Of a stretch of DNA of 64,000 bases, positions 12,298 to 25,429 are shown piece after piece. The stretch comes from the human T2T-CHM13v2.0 reference genome, Homo sapiens. Location: assembly GCF_009914755.1 (NCBI RefSeq), contig NC_060947.1; one strand, written 5' to 3'. The first letter of the stretch is position 1, and every line of letters starts with the position of its first letter. The position numbers and the translations under genes were made by a program. The notes under the pieces were generated by a model, which did no database searches, was not told the DNA's origin, and worked only from the letters and a program-made list of their open reading frames with translations.

Positions 12298-12308
12298 ATG
12301 ACTCAGCA
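12298..12308 (+). promoter_or_regulatory. ARE/MARE site ATGACTCAGCA
   Basis: Exact match to the CNC-sMaf consensus RTGACTCAGCA. Confidence 0.5.
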
Positions 12309-13159
12309 CCTCATGCATTGCTATTTTCTTAATTCCTGTAGTAGACATTTTAAAACACATATTCAGCATCAAGGATCATATTAAATATTATTAAGCAGTA
12401 AATCAGAAGAGATTCTGAAACATTAATGTTCCTTTAGCTATTCAGATGAATATATTGAAGACACCTGTAAGAATGAAAGACCTCTTTTAAAAATATGTGA
12501 GCATTTAAGTCTGATTCTCTATAAAAAAGTGTGATCATTAAAGTTTATTTCTACACTATTTTTCTTTTACCTGACTCAGAAAAAAAAAAACATACAATGG
12601 GTTCAACGAAGCATAATGTTATGCTACATGAATTTTATGTTTAGGGAATTTTAGGCTAGAAGAGGAATTTAAGCAGAACAATCTGATGGTAAAACACTTC
12701 AACTCTCAAAACACAAAAGCAGGTGATGAGCCATCATGATAGAGGAAACAATTTGAAGTTCTGTCAAAGACAATGAAGTTTTGTCCTGAATTTCTGACAT
12801 AGAACATTTCAAATTGTCTTGGGGGTAGAAAGTCAGAATCTTCTCTTGGAAAATCTATTATGCTCATCTTGGCATAGTGATAAGAAACTTAAAAAAAAAA
12901 AAAAAACTTAAAAGAGAAGCCCTCGCTTGAATCATGAAGTTGATTCTTACAGACTTGGAGATATTTTCTAAATCTGATTTCTTCCTGAAATCCTTGTGGA
13001 TTATTTCCAAAAGCACAAGCTAATGCTTCTGTCTTCTGTAAGTAAAAGAAGTGATTCACGATCATAGACGTCTGCATTAAAAAAAGAGAGAGAGAAATGC
13101 AAATATGCAAATTATTTATCTTTTCAAATAGTTTGTAAGGTTTTCTTGCCGTTCTTTTT

Positions 13160-13776
13160 TAAGCTGTGTTTTATTTTTAACTGACAATAATTGTATATAC
13201 TTATAGTACAAAGTGGTATTTTGATACTTGTACACATTGTGGAATGACCAAATTAGAAAGAGTAGCATACCCATAACCTCAAATATTTATCATTTCTTCA
13301 TGGTAAGAACATTTAAAATCCTGTTTTATGTATTTTGAAATATATAATACATTATTATTAACCTTAGCAAGCTTGCTGTGCAACAGAACACCAGAACTTA
13401 TTCTGCTTATCTGATACCATATGATCCAGCAATCCCACTTTTCTGTATCTACCAAAGGAAATCAAATCAGTATGCTAAAGGGATGTCTGCACTCCCATGT
13501 TTATTGCAGCATTATTCATGACAGCCAAGATGTGGAAACAACCTAAATGTTCATCAAAGAAGAGTGGATTTTAAAATGTAGTACATATACACAATGGAAT
13601 ACTATTCAACTCAAAAAAAAAAAAAAAAACAGGAAATACTGTCATTTGTGACAAGATGGATGAGCCTGGAGGACATTTTGTTAAGTCAAATAAAACAGTT
13701 GAACTTCTAGAAGTAGAAAGTAGATGGTGGTTACCAGGGGCTGGGGAAGGTAGAGGAGGATGCAGAAAGGGAAGAT
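13160..13776 (-). mobile_element. L1MA 3' fragment with 5' inversion (twin priming)
   Basis: Minus-strand 3' end at 13160-13413 joined to a plus-strand upstream segment at 13415-13776; flanking repeat ttttcttgc. Confidence 0.75.
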
Positions 13777-14212
13777 ACTTTTCTTGCAACTTTTTGGAGT
13801 GATTTTTTTTTTTTTTTGCTTTTGTTGAGTAGTACAAAGGTGCACTATCAGCTTTTTGTACTAAAGATATGTCTGGGACATTCTTTTTATTATGATTGTC
13901 AAATCTCTATCCAAAAAATAGAGTAAAATGTTTTCTAAAGGGTAAAAACTAAAACATAAAAATAGCAATACATGTAAATGAAAAAAATAAAGTTGACCAA
14001 TATGGGAGTTAGGGGCACTGACCTTCTGCAGTCAAATCCATTTATAATTTTTGACTCCCCAAAAACTTAACTACTAATACCCTGCTGTTGACAGGAAGCC
14101 TTACCAATAACATAAACAGCAGACTAACACATGTTTTATATGTTCTACATACTGTATTCATAAAATAAAGTAAGCCAGAACAAAGAAAATGTTATTGAGA
14201 AAGTCATAAGGG

Positions 14213-14505
<293 letters not shown>

Positions 14506-14636
14506 TCATAAGGAAGAGAAAATATATTTACTATTCATTGAGTGGAGTGGATCCACATAAAGGTCTTCATCCTCATCGTCTTCACATTGAGGCTGAGGAG
14601 GAGGAGGAAGAAGAGGGGTTGGTCTTGCTGTCTTGG

Positions 14637-15504
14637 TGATAGTGACAGGAGGCAGCCAAATGCCTAGGCAGATAGGGGCAGGTCCCCAGTGAAACCCCAC
14701 CTCCAAGCTCAACACAGTTTAAAGTCTGAAAGCCAAGCTACAAGTTAAATCCCTGGAGTGGATTGAGAACTCATCTTCCTGTTTGGCACTCTTTCCTCTG
14801 ATTGATCCCCACCCTTCACCTATTTTACATATACCTACCCTTCCTTAATTGGTTTTCTATGCTGTCATGCCCATTTTTGAGTGGTGTCTTCATTTTAACC
14901 TTTTTTGCATACTCACAAACCAGTCAGTGTGCACTCCCCATCCTGTGCCTGTAAAGAACCCAGACTCATCTGACTTTGGGGAAGATGACCTTCCCTTCCC
15001 GTCCCCTCTTTAGCTCCCCTCCCATTTTCATAGCTCAATAAAATTCTCTGCCTTCACCATCCTTCAATTGTCTGTGCAACTTCATTCTTCTTGGACACCA
15101 GACAAGAGCTTGGGACCTATTGACTGCAGGTACCCAGAAAGGCTGTCATACTGACCCTTTGCCCTCACCAGCAGAGGGCACCATCACCAGGGACCAACTG
15201 AGCTGCTAACATTGCTGTCCACGGATGACAGAACTAAGAGAGCACTGTAACACCCTGTCTGGGGCTTAGGGTTCATGGGCACCCTCACCTGGGTGCTGCC
15301 ACATTCACCTCAAGGTGATATACCTGGTCTAGCCACGGGCCCTGCACAGAGCTTGCTCCTGTGTCGGTGCCCAGAGTGGCTGGCTGGATCCTGCACTTGC
15401 TCACTCACGTGCTCTCTCCTGCAAGGGGTTGAGCATGGTGAGCTGAGTAGATGGGGTGCTCCTTCCGCAAGTCTAGCCAAGAGGCCGAGAAAAATCCTGC
15501 ATCA
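14637..15504 (+). mobile_element. ERV1 solo LTR (LTR28/LTR27/LTR1 group)
   Basis: TGATAG..aggaggcagccaaatgcctaggcagatagggg start, aaaatcctgcatCA end, AATAAA; 4-bp TSD ttgg/tcag consistent with CpG decay of TCGG. Confidence 0.75.
15168..15181 (+). promoter_or_regulatory. CTCF core motif CCAGCAGAGGGCAC
   Basis: Full match to CCASYAGRKGGCRS. Confidence 0.5.
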
Positions 15505-15643
15505 TCAGGAGTGGCAGAGTCATGAGAAAAATCCCTGTTTAAGTAGACCTGCACAGATCATACCCATGTTGTTCAAGGGTCAACTGTGTTATAATAGTCT
15601 CCAATGGGTATTTGCCTCCTGCTAAGGATGAAAGTCACAGAGA

Positions 15644-15654
15644 TGCTGAGTCAT
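15644..15654 (-). promoter_or_regulatory. ARE/MARE site TGCTGAGTCAT
   Basis: Exact reverse complement of ATGACTCAGCA. Confidence 0.5.
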
Positions 15655-16651
15655 TAACATTAAGCGTTTCCAAACATCACTGTAGAAGGATTTGAAATGC
15701 GTACTAAAATACCATGGTCAAGAATATAAGTTAATTGTATAGTCAAGTCCATTTGGGAAACATGATATAGTTTATATATTTTCACTTGAACCTACTTCTT
15801 TTCTACATAAAATCTTGAATTAGAAAATTCACCAGATATTACTAGGAAAAAAAGTACCAGAATTTCTCAACTGATTATTCCAGTCAATGTTCTGCTACAT
15901 TTATTCATAACCTATCCAGTAATTAAAGAAAAACTAATCCTAATTTCCTTGTACCTAGTACAGGCACAGCAGCCCTTTCTCCTTATGCTAAATTATTTAA
16001 CTGACCCAATAAACTCATTAGTTAGATGTGCTTATTGTTATTTTACAGATAAGAAAAAAAAACACTAGGGGGTTAAATAAAATACGTGTCAAACAATAAT
16101 TTTACTTGCCACATTGTTGGCAGTCATCTCTCAAAACATTATACAAAAACTAAAGTTTTGGATACAAGCATATCATAAAGTACTGATCACTTTCCCATAA
16201 TTCTATGATATTTTCAAACACAGTCATAAGTCAGCCTCCCTGGGAGCAGAGCCTGAGATAAGGATGTTGCTGCAGGTGATTGACAGTGCATGCGTTTTGG
16301 AACAAGAGGGATGAGGAGAGCAGCCTAAGACAAGGATGTAGTCTCAGCTGGAGAATGGGTCAGCTAGATCCCATGGGTGCTCTGGAAGACCCACTGGAGC
16401 CTTGTCTGAAGGTCACTGGCAATTTAGTAGAGAGAGAGGTACAGTTGTGAGAAATTAACATATGTTACAGCAGCTGGAGGAGCAGACCAATAACTAAAGT
16501 TCAATGGTCTGGTGTCATGGACAGCACTATTTAGTGGTCCAGTATCACCAGATGTTTAGATCAGTTCACAGCACAAAATAAATTTTAATCACTCTTACAT
16601 TTCTGCCAATTTAACCCACAAATTCATCTCAAGTAATGATTAAAAGTATTT

Positions 16652-16760
16652 TGGATATGTTAATCAGCTTGATTGAATCTTTCTACAATATATACATAGA
16701 TCAAAACATCACATTGTACCCCATAGCTATGCAAAATTATTTGTCACTTGAAAATATTTT
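16652..16760 (+). mobile_element. L1MA 3' end fragment
   Basis: ggatatgttaatcagcttgatt...atcaaaacatcacattgtacccca. Confidence 0.65.
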
Positions 16761-17919
16761 TTTGAAAGCTAAACATTAAATTAAATTTTAAAGCATAACC
16801 ATAAACATGGTTACAAATTGAAATAGAAAATTTATAACAGTTATTAAAAGTAAAAATATGTGAAGCAAAAGTAAAAGAATAATAAACTTTTCTAAAATTT
16901 TTTTTTAAGTGTTACTACTTGGTCTTGCATTGTTTATTACTTATTAGTTTGAGAGGAAAAATAGTATTTTATCTTGGAAAGCTTGAAAAAATGAAATACT
17001 GTACCCAAATGAAGAGTTTACTTGTGTTCTGAAATAAAAGTAAAAGATGCATTATCTATTGGGATATTTATGCAAATATTTAATTTCCAAAACTTTGAAA
17101 TATGTAAGACTGCCAGAAGAAAGGATGAAGAAAAAAGTGGAGTAAGCATTTCGCAAATAATTTTTATAAAAGAAAAAAAGCTCATGCTGAAAGTAATGAA
17201 AAAGAAGCCTGTGGCCTTTTTTTTTTTTTTTTTTTTGAGATAGAGATTGTGTCATAATAAGTGAAATGAAAGCGTCGCAGTAATACGGTACAGGAAAGGG
17301 GGACAAGAGCAAATGCATTGCAGATATTTCACTTCTCCCTCATGGCCAAATTGCCCGATAAACAGGTATTTCGCTCAGTTTTGCACACAAATTTTAGTAA
17401 TTGCAGAATTTTGGACATAGAAAATGAGCACCGCCTTTCATGTTTCACCATCTTTTCATGCCCACTATTTGCCATCAGAATGTTTTCCAAATACAAAGTT
17501 AATAAGCAAAAGTATTTTTATAGAATTTATTGTATGAAAGGATAATGATAAATGTGTTTCTGAAAAATTTTTCCTGTGGGTCTCAATGCCATCTATATTG
17601 CCCAAATAAAGTGGATTTAAAAAGCAGATGCAGACAGAAAATGAAAGTTTGTTTATATTAGCTGGGTGATGTGGATGCACTGTCATTTATTCAATCAAGA
17701 AACGGGTCTTGGAAGCCAACCTGAGCTGAGAAATGTCAGGTATTGGAGATTCAGCAATTAGTTAGTCAGAAACTGAGACCCTGTTCTTGAGGGACCCCAG
17801 GCTAGCGTTTGAGGAGAAACATCAAATAAGTAAACAAATATAAGTAAACAAATATATATATACACACATACACAATTGCAATAAAGACAACCACAAAGAA
17901 GAAAAAGTACAGGGCTCTA

Positions 17920-18230
<311 letters not shown>

Positions 18231-20788
18231 GTATAATAGGGCATTTAATTGGGAAATTATGTCCAGCCGAACATTCAAGGAAGGTTTTCTTGAGAGGATA
18301 ATAAACCCCTGAAGCAATGTCTGGATGTAAGAGACAAAGGCTGCAAAGTCCTGAAAACTTTGCAGAAAGAAAAACAAACTCATTTAACATAAAAAAGTAT
18401 GGAGGACCTCACTCCCATCCTCTACTCTTTTCTCCATTCAGCCCAACCCTACCCACTATAAATAACTACTTTTATTAGTTTCTTTATGCTAATATAAACC
18501 ATTAAACACTACTTTCTCTCCAAACTGATTAATAACAATCTTACACTTTTTTGTTTTGTTTTGTTTTGGTGCAGATGTATAATGTTTTATCGTGTAGTTC
18601 ACCATAGTTTATTTAGCAATCTCTGTTAAGGGATACTTGAATTGTTTCCAATCATTTACGAATTTCAAAAATCACCTACATCTAGCTATATGACATATCA
18701 AGCATTGATGACAGCTGGTAAGAAAAATGATGCCATCTCTTTTCCTTTGTCTCTAGTTGAATATAAGAGATCCATTTCTCTACCTAGAGTAACTTTCTGT
18801 TTTGCATGTATGTGTGAGCATTTGTTCAATTCATGAGTATCATTGCTGAACTCACTACAGATTGTCTGCGTGTGTCAAGTCTCCTCCCACTAGAGAAATG
18901 GTCACAAAATGAAAATACAAATAAAGCTATGCTAATGTCTCAAAAGTTTGATGCTGAGTTTGTTATTAATAAATACCTTTGATGATTTTTAAGCCCTTGC
19001 CAGCTGTTTAGAAATCACTGAGGATGTGCAATGTGAAAGGCTGTTTTGGTTCCCAAGCAAACTGAATTTTGTTGATAGTATATACATTTCTCTCACTGTT
19101 ATTTTTAGATGTGAATCTACTGAAGCAAATTAACACATTTAAATTCATCTCAATCCAATTTGGAAACAGGAAACATCTATGGTCCACATTTTCTGTTGAA
19201 GTCATAAACTACTAATTTGAACCCCACTGCCTTGGATTTTGTGAAATTTGCTATCAGATAAAGAATCCCTGGATATATTTAATTCCAGGACTATCCCACC
19301 TGAATGCACCAGTCTGTGTATATCTGCTTGTAGAAAATGTCATTCTGAACTAGGCAGTTCCATTCTGATCACTGCATACCTTTATGCCACTATTCAATAT
19401 TTGAAATCACCCTTGCCTACTAGCACCCATTTTTGTGAACTAACTAAACTTTCTGAACTAAGCCAGGTGTGTCCTCTGAGTCCAGAATAAATAATCGTTT
19501 GGCCGAACAAGTACCTTGAGATGGAAAAGTCTTGGAATTGGCTAACTCCTCTGAGGTGCCCACTATTTACCATCAGGATGGTTATTTTAAACAAATCAAG
19601 GAAGTTTATCATACAAATAGTTTGACTTGGTGACTGCCATAAAATTGGCTTATGAAATAAAAATTTATTCATACCCATGACTAAGTACACACTGTGACAT
19701 GATGGGATTTGGAAAGCCGCAGTTATTTAGAAAGAAGGCTGTTCGGCATGAGCTTTGTCCAAAGCAAATGGGCCAGGTCAGTGGGAACCAGCAGTTTGTA
19801 AGTACTGTTTCTCCCTGCACCATCCCTGTGGAAGCACCAAGGCTCCCAAAACACAAGCAAACTTCAGTTGAAATGTGTACCCATCATTAATCTGCTTTTC
19901 AAAATAAATAATATCAGATTAAAATGATTCATAATCTAGCTCTTTTGTAAATTACCAACCAGCTCTAGAAATATTTCAAAAGAAGAGGAAATGTTGACTT
20001 GAGGCTAAATCTTGCGTTCTCCATTATCGCTATGATTTTGGAAAAGTTTCAAAGTTAAAGGAAAGCAGAAATAACAATATGTAATATATGATTACAGATA
20101 TATATTGCATCTCTCCATTGTTACAAATGATCTACTATGAGTCACTGTGTTTTCAGTACCCAAAGGCCATAGCATAAAGAACACAACAGATGGAACCAGA
20201 CTTGCCTGCAGGTCTTGGCTCTTCCATTCACTAGATGATTGACTTTAGGCAGGACATTTGGTTCCCTGGAAACTTGAGTTCCTTATCTGCACAACGAAGA
20301 CATGTGGGGTTCAAAATAAATATATCACACCTTGAAAAAAGCACAGACTCAACACAAGTATTATCTCTGACTCAATTCCCTTGGCTCCTACTAAATATCA
20401 TAATGAATTATTCCTTTCCGTGGGTTGGCCTTTTATTTGTTATTTGTAATCCAGGCCCTTTTCTTTTAGTTCTGAAATGGATTTGAGACAATATCTAAGA
20501 CACTTGAAGGGATGAAAAATCTAGAAAATTCAGGATAAAATCTTGACATTACTATGGTGATGAAATAATTACAAAAGAAATGCAAAGGGAAGGTAAGTTA
20601 TTGAAGGGCAGCTGAAAACTTGAGTTCCTAGGAGCCCTAGCAAGGAGAGAAACACAATGAGTTGAAGGTGCTTGTTTTCTAATGAGATGATGACTGCTCT
20701 GTCCTTAGAGGAGACTGCTGTGTTCCTGAGTCTGCAAGGTGTTTATGGCACATACTTTTATATTAAACTGTACAAAGACAATATTGTC

Positions 20789-21062
20789 TCCCAGCACTTT
20801 GGGAGGCCAAGGCAGGTGGATCACCTGAGGTCAGGAGTTTGAGACCAGCCTGGCCAACGTGGTGAAACCCTGTCTTTACCAAAAATGCAAAAATTAGCCA
20901 GGTGTGGTGGTGCATGCCTGTAATCCCAGCTACTCGGGAGGCTGAGGCAAGAGAATCTCTTGAACTGGAAGGCGGAGGTTGCAGTGAGCCGAGACTGTGC
21001 TACTGCACTCTAGCCTGGGCAACAGAGCAAGGCTGTGTCTCAAAAAAATAATAAAATAAAAT
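20789..21062 (+). mobile_element. AluS (Sx-like), slightly 5'-truncated
   Basis: 14-bp TSD aaagacaatattgt at 20774-20787 and 21063-21076. Confidence 0.93.
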
Positions 21063-21139
21063 AAAGACAATATTGTAATTATGGTTTTCCAAAAAGCAGG
21101 ATCATATTGACTTCTATTGTCTGATAACAGATCTTTTAA

Positions 21140-21564
21140 TGCCACATGACTTCAACTGCATAGCTCAGGTTCTGGAATGCTGATGTATAGTTTGCTCAGG
21201 CTTGAGTAGCTCTTGTATTCACAGAAGCTAGCTTCATTGGAGCTTGGTCCAGCCTGGGCAGTCATGACCAGGAAATACAGAGTAGATAGCTCCCCTAAAG
21301 CAACCCTCAGAGGCAAACACTCCCCAATAGATCAATGCCTCCACTTCTGCATTATTTGGTTGGACAATTCTGAGGATTCTCAGAGTCTTCAGTTGGAAGA
21401 AGCTCTATATACTCACGGTGAGAATCTATTCTAGATTTTCTTCATTTCTTTTTAGAAACTTTATATTTCCTCAGTGGTTCTTTCTAGGATGCCTTCCCAA
21501 ATAAACAGCCTGCCTTTAAATCCTTCACTCACGATTTCCTTTGAAGGAATCCAAACGAAGATAT
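21140..21564 (+). mobile_element. LTR16-like ERVL LTR (old)
   Basis: 3' end cccaaataaac..aaatcctt..aatccaaacgaagata resembles LTR16 termini. Confidence 0.45.
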
Positions 21565-24019
21565 CTCACTAAAAGTCATGGCGCATTGTTAAGTTATAGC
21601 TTTGCAAAGACCTTTCTGAGTGGGAAAAGATGTGACCAATATAGTATGTTCCACTGTAGCCGTGTATGATGCACTGTACTGCAGAAATACAGTTTCACTA
21701 ATTTCAGATAATGAATTCATAGCATGCACTGTGTTCTGGCATAATTCCGTTAACTCAACAAGGCTTATGTCAAATGTTCTAGAGGAGTGAGTAGAAAGAG
21801 ACATGAATGCAGCTTAAGTGGGGCTGATAGTATAACTGCCTATGCCTGCTTTATGAAATTCGTGAATTTACACCATTAATTTGTTGTGAGATTCATGACT
21901 TAAAGGCCTTGATTTAAATCAAAGTTCCTTGAAGACCGATGGAGAAAATGTAATGATTTTACAGACAAGAATTGCTATAAAGTCTGCTCATAACGTAGTG
22001 GTGTTTTCATCCTTAGATTCCTTACAACATCTCACTTTGAGCACAGCCCACAGTCCCTTCATGGTGAATCTTTCTTTTCATCATAAATTGAATGTATAGA
22101 TTTCTGAGCTTCATTGAGCCATAGCTATTGAATTCAACTATTAAACTAATCAGTGGTATCTTATATTTTATAGTTTTCATCTGTCCTCAAACTCTCATGT
22201 TTTAAATGACTGCTTTTTGAAACTTGGGCACTCAGTAGACTCAAAGAGGAAACATTTACTAACTCATCAAAACCTGTGGGGTTCTGTCTCAAGATGTGTG
22301 TGACATGACTGAGACTTTACTGCATTCCACCTATAATTTTGAAACAAAACCTGGTTTGGAAAAGACAGATTTTAATACTTGAATTTTCAATGCTGCAATC
22401 AAGAATCATGTATTTTGATTACATGTATACATTCACACATAACATATGTAAAGTAATAATATATGTATGATATAAATATACATATGTGTGTATATATATA
22501 ATATATTAGTCACTGAACAACATTTTCCTCCAATGAACAACAGAACACTTGAATAATTTGGCCTGATCACTGGATTTAGAAGGAGGGGAGACCTTTCTTT
22601 AATTTTCCTCTGGATCACATACACAATCACAGCAAAAGGAAATGCCTGGCTGTGCATTACACATACTTGGTGCATTCAACCCCAGGGGCTTTTTAGTGAA
22701 TCTCTCCACAACGGATCAGGTTCTTGCAGAGGTACAAAAAAGACATAGCACAAGGAGGGAGGCTGAGTGAGCACATTCCCAACAGCATGCCTAGATAGAC
22801 CACCTGATCTCACAGAGAAGGGGTGTTAGAAGGAAACTCTACTGGAGGTCAGGAAGGTCATTGCAGGCCAGAGTGGTTGAGAATGCTTCACCAAGACAGA
22901 ACTATCCCTGAAAGGGAGGTTATGTTTGAATCTGGGTGAGTGGTCTAACGTTGGGAGGATTCTTTATAAAGCAGGAGCACAACTGGAATAAAAATATGGA
23001 GCACATGAGAGAGCACATTGTGAGGAATCGTTGGAGGATTGTGGAAGTCAGGGAGCGGAAACCAGTTTGCTTGAATAGAGACTTCTTAGATTGGCAAAGA
23101 CGCATGAGGACTTAAGGGTCTGGAGGGCTGTGGATTCCAGTTTAGAAAAAGTTTACAGCAGTGGATTCTTGACACAGGGAATTGCCATTCATTGACCACA
23201 TCTCCTTGGCTCCTAGACCTCAGACTGGCAAAAAGCAGGCCCTTAATACAAGTTTTGTGACTGAATGCATGAAATCTAATTTAATAATTTATGGGACGCT
23301 GTTGCACTTAGTGGCAACAAATGATGCAAAATAGCAACAATTAAACTAATAATTAAAAACACATTAGCTAAGACTGAATGCAGAAAAACTGTGAGCGGAC
23401 AAAGGCAAAGGACAGAGAAAAAATTGTTAGGAGACAAGAGGGATGGATAAGGACTGAGCATTGGATCAGGAATACAAATAAAAATGACAGAGTGAATGAC
23501 AGTGAGAGAGAGAGAGAGAGAGAGGAAGAAGAGGAAGAAGTAGTAGCTGTATAAAATCATAGAAGCTTCCCTAGGAGGTAAACTCTGGAATGGTGCTATT
23601 TCCCACAGTAAGACTTTCTGAAAAAACTCAAGGGATGTGTCATTCCCAGGAGACATTTTAGAGCTAGAGTTCATCTTGAAAATCATCAAGCTCATTTTGC
23701 ATACTGTATTCAGGAAATCAACTTAGAGATAAAATAGGATGGGAGCCTTTTTTTTCTCAAGTTTGCCACTGGATGAATTTTATTTTCTGCAATCCATATG
23801 ATTTACATGTCTTCCCAAAGATCAGAAAAATTATTGTATTATTTTGTAATGGGGCAATATTTGGGGGAACTATGTAAGTGCGTTTATTCTGAAGAATTTT
23901 TATTTTGATAGTATCATTTATATAACAAAAATATGTTAAGGGTATCTGGAAGTCTGTTTTATTTTTAAACAAGAGCAAAGCTTACAAATTAGCATTTTGG
24001 AAAGACTCTAAAATTAATA

Positions 24020-24245
24020 GTACCCAGTATTCATTAAGCATTTATTATGTACCAGACTAGATGATATGCAAGGGTGATTTCATCTAATCCTATCAACACT
24101 ATCAGGGAAATATCAAGCTTTATTTTTCCAACTTTACAGAGAAGGAAACTGCGGCTTCCATGGTTTAAATCATCTACTCCAGAATAGCCAGCCAAAAAGG
24201 TTGAAGTTTGAAATCAGGGAATCTTTCTCCAGTACCCAAACTGTT
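24020..24245 (-). mobile_element. MIR
   Basis: ttaagcatttattatgtaccag...tttacagagaaggaaactg. Confidence 0.6.
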
Positions 24246-25134
24246 ACATACCAAATACTAAAGGGCCTTCTAGATTCAATAAGTGAACAGAATTGCAAAC
24301 ATTTGTGTGACAGTTCATAATTAATCATTGCTGACCATACATCTGTTTCTGTTTACAAGGCTTGGGGATTTCCCATCTAAATTGATTTCAGAACATCTTA
24401 TCATATGCAGCTTAGTTACAGTATTTGATTATTGATTCTCTCATAATATGTTCCCTGTAAACCAAGTAACGTATTTTCATAGAGATGGTCTAACTGTCCT
24501 TATCCATAACACAGATTTTTTTTTAGGTTGGCATTTAGTTGGCTCCTTCATTGGAATCTGGTTAATTTTTTTTCCTACATAAACTTTCGATGGAAGTGGG
24601 AACTTGGTGAAATCTTCCCTCGGTTTCCTGCCACATGACTCTTTTTGGTTTTTCAAAGGGAAAAGCAAACTCATCTTCCTCTCTGAAATGTATTTTTTTG
24701 ACTGGTTCTCAGATTTCCTCTTGCCCTTTTCTTTTGCCACTCTGGGTAGCCAGGGATGTGTTTGGTCTGAGGCATCTTAAGAAGAAAGCTTTTGCCTTGG
24801 AAACAGGGCAGTTTTCTACTTCCATAAAAACACAAGTAAGAATACAGAATCCTTTGTATTGAAGCACTATAATATAGAGACATCATTTCTAAAAAGAAAA
24901 ATACTTCTCAGTGGGTGTTTTGTTTTGTTTGTCTCTTTCCTTTTGTTTGTGTTTTCTTGTCTGCCTTTGTTAATTGCTTAGGTATTTTTAGGTGTTTTTA
25001 AAAACAAGCAAAAAAATTGTTGTGTTTAAATCATTGTCCAAATTTTGAGTTAAACATTTACTCATTCACAGGACTCTCCTAGGTGATTCTAAAGATGTCC
25101 TTTAAAATGTAGGATAACTATATTTTTAGTACTA

Positions 25135-25345
25135 AGATTGTGGTTCTGATGCCTGAATGCATTGGTTCATATCCTGGCTTTGTCCCTTGAGAACTGCATG
25201 ACTTTGAGCAAATTAATGGAGTGTTCTGTGCCTAAGACTGTCCATCTGGAAAAGGGAAATAATGTTAGCACTTGCCCCATGGTGTTATAAGGATATATGA
25301 CTTAAGTTCCTAGCATGTAATAAGTACTCAATAAATACTAGCTGC
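25135..25345 (+). mobile_element. MIR
   Basis: ggttcatatcctggct..tgactttgagcaa..taagtactcaataaata. Confidence 0.65.
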
Positions 25346-25429
25346 TTCTATTAAAATTCAGGGAGAATTCCTTAGAGAACTTCAAATATTAGAGCAATTA
25401 TATGGCTTCTGTCTAGAAGATGGAAGAGA

